DNA of 63,203 nucleotides from a virus. Lineage: Duplodnaviria > Caudoviricetes. Numbering within the stretch: the first letter of the stretch is position 1; each line of letters opens with the position of its first letter. The notes beneath the pieces were generated by a model that saw nothing but the letters and a program-made list of their open reading frames with translations, made no database searches and was not told the origin of the DNA. Both the position numbers and the translations under genes were made by a program. Positions 18,384 through 25,621 of the stretch are shown here, one piece after another. The DNA lies in the IMG/VR virus record IMGVR_UViG_3300036781_000090, positions 1 to 63,203 of that record, one strand, 5' to 3'.

Positions 18384-18632
18384 ATGAACATGAATTATAG
18401 AATCCCAAAGTCTACGCCGCTGGCGCTTAAGCGCCTGAATGCACGGGTTGACCGAAACCGCAAGGCTCGCGAAGATGCAGCGAACAAAGAACCAGAAGAT
18501 GCCTTTGGCACGATGATGACGCAAATTGATTGTCCAGCATGCGATGATACTTTTGATATGGAAGGCGACCGTGACGGTGAGATAATCAATTGCCAGAATT
18601 GCAATACGCCTCTTCGTATCCGCCGAATGTAG
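18384..18632 (+). CDS. Zinc-ribbon protein
   Basis: CPAC…CQNC. Confidence 0.6.
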   Translation: MNMNYRIPKSTPLALKRLNARVDRNRKAREDAANKEPEDAFGTMMTQIDCPACDDTFDMEGDRDGEIINCQNCNTPLRIRRM

Positions 18633-18672
18633 CTCACTAACGAGTTGTTAATCACCAATACGGCAGGAAACA

Positions 18673-18945
18673 ATGGATATTCTGGAGGCACTGAACAAAG
18701 GTGTTAAAATCCGCACTGTTGATGGTGTCGATATTTGGTATCATGAAAACTACCCAATCGATGACCTTATAGAAGAAGCTGCCGAAGAAATCTCTATTCT
18801 TCGTAAGCACTTGAAAAAAATTATTGGAGAAAAAGATATCGCAGATATTCTTTGGTCCGACCTTCCAGACACAGAGCTTGTAACGGTATCAATTCGACTA
18901 AAAGAATATCGGGATATGAGCAAGTATCTAAAATCTTCTCGTTAA
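18673..18945 (+). CDS. Hypothetical protein
   Basis: CAGGA RBS; flanked by junction motifs. Confidence 0.6.
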   Translation: MDILEALNKGVKIRTVDGVDIWYHENYPIDDLIEEAAEEISILRKHLKKIIGEKDIADILWSDLPDTELVTVSIRLKEYRDMSKYLKSSR

Positions 18946-19092
18946 CTGGTTATAAGCGCTAACGGAGGGAGCTAGTCGGATATTGGCCAATGGAACAACG
19001 GTTTACTCCGCGATCTAACGAACCCAGCCCGAGTCGGGGAAACTCGACCTCCCTCCACCCTCTCTCTAACTAGATATAAGTGCGCAATTCAG

Positions 19093-19120
19093 TTGACAGC
19101 CCGGCAATAATCTCTAAATT
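19093..19120 (+). promoter_or_regulatory. Promoter in operator variant TTGACAGCCCGGCAA, -10 TAAATT
   Basis: Half-site identical to the palindrome family. Confidence 0.55.
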
Positions 19121-19280
19121 CAATGCAGGCCGAATGCTAAGCCGGTCTGTCACTTGCGGCTATGTCTTTGACAATCGTCAACGATAACTTCCCCATCGGA
19201 CAGCGTAGCCTCGCGGCTTAGTTGTTCGGAGTTTTCGGCCCTTGTACTTGGCAACAGAAACAAGGGCCACTTAGCACTCC

Positions 19281-19520
19281 ATGACCCACGAAGACCTAAT
19301 CATCACAAATCACGCCATTGAGCGTTACCAGGAACGTATCGCCTACGTTAGCCGGGAAGACGCTGTTGTGGCCATTCGAATTGGGATAGCTGCCGCCAAG
19401 GATAAGCATCTAGAACCTCATAGGCTGGCCAAGCGGACGTTCTACATTCCCACAGGTGAAATGACCCTCATTGGATCAAACAATCGCATAGTGACCGTCC
19501 TACGGTCTTCTGGCGATTAA
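19281..19520 (+). CDS. Small protein with HA.ERY.ER motif (possible RelE-like RNase fold)
   Basis: ITNHAIERYQERI…IVTVL. Confidence 0.55.
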   Translation: MTHEDLIITNHAIERYQERIAYVSREDAVVAIRIGIAAAKDKHLEPHRLAKRTFYIPTGEMTLIGSNNRIVTVLRSSGD

Positions 19521-19805
19521 CCCCCGTCCTTGGTCTGCGAGGGCTTTACTCGTCCAGAATGCAAGCCGTGCCTTAGTCCGGACGTTCTGGAGGTGGATTA
19601 TCTTTGCATGGGCATTCCAGAGACTAAGATGCTATGTACCCTGTGCGCCTCCCGCATTTTCACGTGCGAACCCATTGGTTGGGCAGCATAAGGCGAGCCG
19701 CTGTTTTGTCAGCCCTCTTCCGCCAGCCAGAAAGAGGGTGAATCTGCCGTGAGGTAAGGTTTGGACGGCGGCTCACCTTATGTTCATTGTCCATCCGTCA
19801 ACGAA

Positions 19806-19836
19806 CAAAAAGAAACCGGCCCCTTTCGGGACCGGG
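19806..19836 (-). terminator. Intrinsic terminator, minus strand
   Basis: CCGGTCCC-GAAA-GGGGCCGG followed by TTTCTTTTTG. Confidence 0.7.
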
Positions 19837-20116
19837 CGCTAGCCGAAGCTAGCTCGGGGCGAAGCTCTTTCCATTTCTGGATATTTTCCCGCGCGGGAAA
19901 ACCATTTTCATGGTGGCGCTGGCTATCTAACGCCCGGGTCCAGCGATCTGATGGTTAGATAGCATGGCGTCATGAAACTTGCACGGCTTTCTGGCATTTG
20001 CTAGATTGTAATGGAGGCACCTGGGGTAGCTCCCCGGATGCTGGGCGGGTGCTTGGCTGGTGACTTTCACACCATTCAACCCCGCCCGCCCTCTAACCCG
20101 ATGAAAGCGGGGTAAA

Positions 20117-20722
20117 ATGCAGTATCTCTACGTCCGTAATTGGGCGACATTTCAGCACTACAAATATCGCAATCCGCCGTGGATTAAACTCCACCGGGAA
20201 ATTCTCACAAGCACCGATTGGGTTTCCGTAGATGATGCTAGCAAGCTGCTAGCAATCGTCTGCATGATCGTGGGCGCTAAGGATCAGGGCCGCGTGCCTA
20301 ATGATCCGGCGTTCCTTAAGCGGATAGCCTATCTAGATAAGCTTCCAAATCTTAAACCATTGATTGAATGTGGGTTTCTCACAGAAACGCTAGCAGATGC
20401 TAGCAAACGGGAGCAACTGCGTACAAATGCTCCGACAGAGTCCAGAGTCCAGAGTTCAGATACAGATTTAGAAAGTAAGAAAGTTGATGATGATGTTAAG
20501 AAAAACGGAAAGGGGGATAAAAAAACAAAACCCCAGCATCTTCAGCAAACCCGTGACGGCAAGCGGCTGTGGTGCGACCAAGGGACTTCCGAATGGGTAG
20601 CCTATCTGAATGATTTCAAAGCTGCGCACTCAGGGGTAGACCCAAAGATCGAATGGAATGGCGCTGGCGCATGGTTTAATACGGAAGGGGAAATTAGGAT
20701 GGCTAAGGCTGTTCCAAAATAG
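20117..20722 (+). CDS. Putative replication initiator protein
   Basis: V.NW..FQHYK.R.PPWIKLHR..L N-terminus typical of phage replication organisers; preceded by TTGCAC-N17-TAGATT and a structured leader. Confidence 0.7.
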   Translation: MQYLYVRNWATFQHYKYRNPPWIKLHREILTSTDWVSVDDASKLLAIVCMIVGAKDQGRVPNDPAFLKRIAYLDKLPNLKPLIECGFLTETLADASKREQLRTNAPTESRVQSSDTDLESKKVDDDVKKNGKGDKKTKPQHLQQTRDGKRLWCDQGTSEWVAYLNDFKAAHSGVDPKIEWNGAGAWFNTEGEIRMAKAVPK

Positions 20723-20928
20723 TTTTCTTATACTTTCGCAGGAATTTTTTAATTACCTTGCGAGCATCCTCTAGCGCCCAAAGAGAGCCTTCAACAAATT
20801 TCAGATATTCTTTCGGGTCATCGGTGCAGGCGTCGTCAGAAATCCAGGCATCAGACATTGGGCCTTCAACTTTGAGGAAAAGTTCATTGCAAATCTCTTG
20901 GGCTTTTCCCTCTCGGCGCATACCCATT

Positions 20929-21222
20929 TTAATCAAACCCGTACATGGTCATACGGGCTCTTTGAAACTCTTCGTTCCATTCCCAATCCGATCCATCGCC
21001 CAAGGCCGTTCCGAAAAGCATCTCCTCTTTGCCGTCAGCAATTCGGTTACTTACACGGTGGCGCTGTTTTTCGGTCATATCTTTGAATGCCAAGGTAATC
21101 GCGTCTAAATGACGTGGAGCGGCCACATAAACCCGGTCCCGGAACAAAACAGCGTTGTGCCGTTGTTCTGGCGAGTAAATAAAGAAATCAGCGGCGATTG
21201 GACAAATTACAGGGTTTTTCAT
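20929..21222 (-). CDS. Hypothetical protein
   Basis: Leftward cluster 20703-22456. Confidence 0.55.
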   Translation of the reverse strand: MKNPVICPIAADFFIYSPEQRHNAVLFRDRVYVAAPRHLDAITLAFKDMTEKQRHRVSNRIADGKEEMLFGTALGDGSDWEWNEEFQRARMTMYGFD

Positions 21223-21468
21223 GTGGATTTTAATCCATAATAGGTAGAAGGATCAGCGCGTTATACAATCAAACGGCCTATCCAAATCTCCCGTCCAAAC
21301 AACAGCTTTAGTGAGAGGACATTCGGAGAGTAGGGCCATGCGAGGAGCGGGTTTTGGCTGGGAGGCCAGTGCCATAAGCGCCAAGATCGATCCGATAGCA
21401 ATGATAGCGCGGTAGTAGATCATGGTCGCCCCTCAGCGTTGATTCAGCCACAGTAAACAATGGGTTAG

Positions 21469-21693
21469 CTACGACCCGACAAATTCAATATTGTCCTTGT
21501 ATCGGTAGGCAAGGTCATTTCGATATTGGTCAACTTCAATAAAATCGCCAGTTTGGCGATCCCTTACGACCCAACGCGAATTCATAGAGTTTCCGTTAGG
21601 AGTAGTTCCGTTTTCACGAGCCGCGATAAACTTGGTTAGTTTTTCCATAGAATGGCACTCTAGGTTCTTAGCCAAATGGCCCGTATTCTTCAT
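21469..21693 (-). CDS. Hypothetical protein
   Basis: Leftward cluster. Confidence 0.5.
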   Translation of the reverse strand: MKNTGHLAKNLECHSMEKLTKFIAARENGTTPNGNSMNSRWVVRDRQTGDFIEVDQYRNDLAYRYKDNIEFVGS

Positions 21694-21880
21694 TAGAGCG
21701 GTTTCTGTGCGTTTTAGTCCGCTTCAAGTACCTGATAGCCCCAAGCCTTACATACAGTCGTCTGCGAGGCTGCGTCGTTGGCTTGTTCTTCGGTTTTGAA
21801 CTCGGAAACGTCTCCTTCGTCATTATCGACGATGGTAATTAGTTTCTGGGTGCTCGGATTGCGCGTGACGATAATGAAGG

Positions 21881-22249
21881 TCATTTGCCGTCCTGTGCAA
21901 GCTTGAGGGCTGCGCGGGCAATCCCACCGCCATCACGGGTTACGTCGAAAAGGTACGCACTCCCGTTCGAGAATTTGTCGTCGGCGTCGTTGCGCTGATT
22001 AGCCCCCTCATGCCGCTTAGGATCGGCGTAGAATTCCAATGCAGCAATTAGCATTGTGTGCGAATTAACAGCAAGAGCCATCGAATGAAGATTCGTCTTG
22101 AACTCAGGCGTAACTGGACCGGCTGGCGCGATCAGCATTAGAACACTGACATTACCTGCTTCGTCGGCTGACATGATCGAAAAATCTAACCCATCACCGC
22201 TGCGGCAATCGTGCGGTTGTTCATGAACTTCCCACTTATCGTTTTTCAT
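21881..22249 (-). CDS. Hypothetical phage protein
   Basis: AVNSH…ALEFYA…DGG.IARAAL; GAGG RBS. Confidence 0.65.
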   Translation of the reverse strand: MKNDKWEVHEQPHDCRSGDGLDFSIMSADEAGNVSVLMLIAPAGPVTPEFKTNLHSMALAVNSHTMLIAALEFYADPKRHEGANQRNDADDKFSNGSAYLFDVTRDGGGIARAALKLAQDGK

Positions 22250-22285
22250 CCTAACCTCTTGTTCACATATGGCTATTCAGCGCTG

Positions 22286-22456
22286 TTAATTATTGCCAAG
22301 TAGCTTATTGAGGCGGTCGAGCCAATATTGGCTCTTTTCGTATAGTTTGTTTGCCTTCGCCTTTTCTCCGCGCTCAGAAGCTTCATTGGCATCGCCAAGA
22401 TATCGCGCGCTATTCATGTCAGCGTCTGCTATCTTCTGTGCGAGCGTTTTGGCCAT
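22286..22456 (-). CDS. Small early protein (start MAKTL)
   Basis: AGGGGA RBS downstream of the 22496 promoter. Confidence 0.7.
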   Translation of the reverse strand: MAKTLAQKIADADMNSARYLGDANEASERGEKAKANKLYEKSQYWLDRLNKLLGNN

Positions 22457-22495
22457 GTCATTCCCCTGATCTGATATAGCCACCCTACCCACGAT

Positions 22496-22510
22496 TTGAC
22501 AGGCTGTCAA
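22496..22510. promoter_or_regulatory. Palindromic operator/-35 (leftward TTGACA-N17-TAGGGT)
   Basis: TTGACAGGCTGTCAA. Confidence 0.8.
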
Positions 22511-22582
22511 CTGGTTTATTGACGGATTGTGCAGAAATATTACGGGATTGACGGAATAGATAAACCATGAAATATATTAGAA

Positions 22583-22981
22583 ATGCCAGCTAAGAAATCA
22601 ATTAAGCCAGCGCAACCAACTATAACATTTCCCGCGCCTCAGGAAATGAAAGACTGGGTTCGCGCCCAAGCTGATGCGGATAGGCGTACTTCTAGCGCAT
22701 GGATGCGGTTGGTCGTGGAACGAATGATGGTTGGTGAGGGCCATTTTTCTGTTGAAACTCAGCCTAATCAAGAGCAGTATGTACAGGAAGATCAATCAGA
22801 TAGCACTGTAAGTCCGGATGATCTGGTTGCCGCCGCGCTTCAGACGGCAGAACAGCAAGGGGCTACGGAACCACAATACGAGGAAGTTCCGCAGCCACAA
22901 GGCGTCCGCAGTCTTCGCAAGCCAGTCAGCCGCCTATCTCCGGGAAATCACGGACAAATCGAAAGGTTCTTGGGGCGATGA
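22583..22981 (+). CDS. Arc/ribbon-helix-helix domain regulator
   Basis: TITFPAPQEMKDWVRAQADADRRTSSAWMRLVV RHH pattern with an acidic tail. Confidence 0.65.
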   Translation: MPAKKSIKPAQPTITFPAPQEMKDWVRAQADADRRTSSAWMRLVVERMMVGEGHFSVETQPNQEQYVQEDQSDSTVSPDDLVAAALQTAEQQGATEPQYEEVPQPQGVRSLRKPVSRLSPGNHGQIERFLGR

Positions 22982-23358
22982 ATATTCTCTGTGGTATACT
23001 GTTCGCGTGCAGCCTAAGTGGGCCTGCATTGACCGTAGACGGCGACACAATTCGAGTATCAGGACAATCTGTGCGTCTTTTCGGGGTGGATAGCGAAGAA
23101 CTATCGGAGCCCAATGGCTATGCGGCCAAAGCCGCGATGGTTAAAATCGTTAGCGGCCATACGATTTCCTGTGAGCCGAGCGGCAAGTCCTACAATCGCG
23201 TAGTCGCGACATGCAAAACCGAACAAGGCATTGATATTAACGCGGAAATCATTAAAGTAGGCGCTGCGCTTGATTGCGCTCGATACTCAAAGGGCAAATA
23301 CCGTCAGTTTGAACCCGAAGGCGCAAGGGCGCGGCTCATTCAGAAGGGGTATTGCTGA
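22978..23358 (+). CDS. Thermonuclease (SNase) family protein
   Basis: VDGDTIRV.G..VRL.GVD..E…Y.R.VA.C…DIN…G.A. Confidence 0.9.
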   Translation: MNILCGILFACSLSGPALTVDGDTIRVSGQSVRLFGVDSEELSEPNGYAAKAAMVKIVSGHTISCEPSGKSYNRVVATCKTEQGIDINAEIIKVGAALDCARYSKGKYRQFEPEGARARLIQKGYC

Positions 23359-23607
23359 TGGACCGTCGAGGATTTTCGATTGGGGTGGTAGCTACAACTG
23401 CCGCTCTCATGGTGCCGTCTCTTTTCAAGAGGGTATCGGTAGAGTTTGACTATATTGATGGTGAGTGGATGTACCTCGTGGCGGGAGACTATCATACTGG
23501 CCAGAAAGACAAAAACTATGGGACCTATATACGTGAGTGACCCACTCAAAAATACCCCACAGGATCAACCTGTTGCATCAACCCTGTGGGGTTCTCATTC
23601 CTTGCCT

Positions 23608-23694
23608 CTACTGAGGTTTGGAACGCCAGTGCGCGCGCACCTTATGGATGCGTCCGTACGGGCTGATACGTCGGTACTCGGCAATGAAAATCAT
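23608..23694 (-). CDS. 28-aa basic peptide inside the IS (MIFIAEYRRISPYGRIHKVRAHWRSKPQ)
   Basis: GAAAGG RBS, structured leader, downstream terminator hairpin. Confidence 0.55.
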   Translation of the reverse strand: MIFIAEYRRISPYGRIHKVRAHWRSKPQ

Positions 23695-23921
23695 TGCGGG
23701 TGCCTTTCTGTAGGCACGCTCGCAGATGGATTAGGTGGTTCTCACGGTCCGGCTAGGAACAAGAAGAAACATCCAACCTCTGCGAGCGTGCGCAGATGTG
23801 AAGGTTTCCTCGATTGCTCCGTTGCTGACGGGCGTATTCGAGGCCTTGCGCCACACAGGCAGAGTGTGGCGACTCGTGACCCCAGAAATCTAGGCGAAAG
23901 CCTGACCCAAGGCAATGGGGA

Positions 23922-24236
23922 TCATGCTGCGGGGTGCTTCCCCTCAAATGCGTCCATCAAAGCTAGGGCGGCCGCTTCCGTGGCGGGGCGAATGTATGGG
24001 TGCCATACGTACACCCCAAAGAACGATACCAGGATCAGGAATGCGCCGAAATACGTGAGCGCGCCGCCTCCAAAGGAGTGGCTGATTTCTGCGGCTACGA
24101 AGTTCGAGAAGGCCAAAGCTGCGACTGGGAAGCTGGCCCAAATCATCGCCACTCCGAGCATTATCCAGATGGAGCCAATTCCCTTTCCGGCACTAAGCAG
24201 GATTTGGTGAGCGCGATGCAGCCAGTCTCTAGCCAT
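23922..24236 (-). CDS. IS passenger membrane protein (start MARDW)
   Basis: Two TM segments. Confidence 0.55.
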   Translation of the reverse strand: MARDWLHRAHQILLSAGKGIGSIWIMLGVAMIWASFPVAALAFSNFVAAEISHSFGGGALTYFGAFLILVSFFGVYVWHPYIRPATEAAALALMDAFEGKHPAA

Positions 24237-24291
24237 TCCGAAAACGTGCCTCTGCTGCAATGGCGCTTGGTGCCCCCGCCAATTATGGTCC

Positions 24292-24543
24292 TTAAGCCGT
24301 TCCCTTTGGTGGTTCCGACTCAAATTTTTGAAGAATTTGTCGCTGCCGTGCGCGTTCTGGATCGCGGACGCCATCAATCAAGATATTTAAAACTACTGCG
24401 GCATCTATTCTACCGGCAGAGAGATGCCCGTCGCGCTGAAATTCAAGCGGTCTTAGCAAATCTGATTGATGAGCACCGGAAGCAAGGAAAACTTCCATGA
24501 CGGTAGCTAGGGCGTCCAGCAAGCCAATCTCGGTATCGGTCAT
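24292..24543 (-). CDS. IS passenger hypothetical protein
   Basis: ATGA-coupled to the upstream small ORF. Confidence 0.6.
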   Translation of the reverse strand: MTDTEIGLLDALATVMEVFLASGAHQSDLLRPLEFQRDGHLSAGRIDAAVVLNILIDGVRDPERARQRQILQKFESEPPKGTA

Positions 24544-24698
24544 TTTATCTTCCGTTTTGGCGGACGCTTTTTCTGTTTGGCCTTCTCAATGCTCCGCTCA
24601 ACCTCTTTCGGCTTGGTTTGAACAAACCGTTCAAGAGCTTCGGCAAACGGCATGTCGATCTTTAGCTTGGGCTCTAGCTTCTTACCCTTGGCGTTCAT
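24540..24698 (-). CDS. Small basic ORF coupled to the transposase
   Basis: MNAKGKKLEPKLKIDMPFAEALERFVQTKPKE…; ATGA overlap. Confidence 0.65.
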   Translation of the reverse strand: MNAKGKKLEPKLKIDMPFAEALERFVQTKPKEVERSIEKAKQKKRPPKRKIK

Positions 24699-25621
24699 GC
24701 GATCAGCGCCTTGTAGGTCAAGCGGCCTTCGATCTGAGAGAACAGACCGTTCATCCGTTCCGTGACGGTAAGGCCGCGCCGATTAAAGCGGAAGGTCATT
24801 TCCTGAACGTAGCGGTCCAGATGCTTGGGCGAAACCCAGTGATGAATGCCCGTAATCTGCCGTTTCAGAAGCGCCCAAACGCTTTCGATGCTGTTCGTGT
24901 GGGCATCGCCCTTACGCCATTCGCCCTTGGCGTGATTTACGACCTGATGCTGCGGATAGCCTTCAAGTCCGGCATAGGCCGGATGTGCGTCGGTCGAAAG
25001 CAATTCAGCCTTGGGCGACACAACGGCGTGGATGAAGCCCTGCAATTGGGGCTGGCCAGCAACATGAATAACGCGCGCGATCAGGTTGCCCTTACGCTCG
25101 ACGGCCCCAATAACGGCAGTTTTGCCAACCGAGCCACCGCCCGTTCCGCTTCGGCGACCGTGTTTGTTCTTGGCTTTCCCTCCCACGTAAGTCTCATCAA
25201 CCTCGACTTTGCCACGCAGCTTATTGGTGGAATTAAACGACTTGGTGCGGGCGGCATGTCGCAGGCGGTGCAGGACAAACCATGCGGTCTTTTGGGTGAT
25301 TTTCAGGTCCTTAGCCAAGGTGGTGGAGGCGATGCCCTTGGGGTGGTTCGTAATGAGCCAGATCGCCATGAACCACTTACGGAGGGGAAGTTTGCTGTCC
25401 TCGAAAATGGTGCCGACCTTGATGGAGAAACGGGACCGGCAATCCGCACACTTGAAGGTAGTTTTGTCGGAGAACGAATAGACGCGGGTCCCGCCACAGT
25501 GCGGGCAGAAAGAGCCATCAGCCCAACGGATGGATTTGAGATGCTCAACGCAGGCGACTTCGTCGGGGAAGGCCTTCATCAGATCGAACAGGCTGTCGAA
25601 GTTCATCATGGTCCGCTCCAT
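24695..25621 (-). CDS. IS1595 family transposase
   Basis: Zn ribbon CPHCG…CADC, GTIFE.SK..L.KWF, VEVDETYVGG, TD…Y, HTNSIES.W…KR, RFNRR. Confidence 0.95.
   Translation of the reverse strand: MERTMMNFDSLFDLMKAFPDEVACVEHLKSIRWADGSFCPHCGGTRVYSFSDKTTFKCADCRSRFSIKVGTIFEDSKLPLRKWFMAIWLITNHPKGIASTTLAKDLKITQKTAWFVLHRLRHAARTKSFNSTNKLRGKVEVDETYVGGKAKNKHGRRSGTGGGSVGKTAVIGAVERKGNLIARVIHVAGQPQLQGFIHAVVSPKAELLSTDAHPAYAGLEGYPQHQVVNHAKGEWRKGDAHTNSIESVWALLKRQITGIHHWVSPKHLDRYVQEMTFRFNRRGLTVTERMNGLFSQIEGRLTYKALIA

Noticed and set aside
926-19080. Junction motif as CRISPR repeats or Xer dif/pdif sites
   Set aside because: Conserved part is too short, spacing is gene-sized, and the spacer is 7 bp rather than the 6 bp of dif, with no XerD-arm consensus.
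19921-19962. ATCTAAC…GTTAGAT as an integron attC site
   Set aside because: Core boxes are complementary, but only about 22 nt separate them, too short for L boxes and a full attC fold.
8631-22510. ORF-track starts reading MTACQ (8685, 13787, 22510)
   Set aside because: These TTG starts are the promoter palindrome, not start codons; real starts follow downstream RBSs.
23446-24500. 254-aa and 166-aa plus-strand ORFs
   Set aside because: The first spans the IS end and both oppose the coupled minus-strand passenger genes; no recognisable features.
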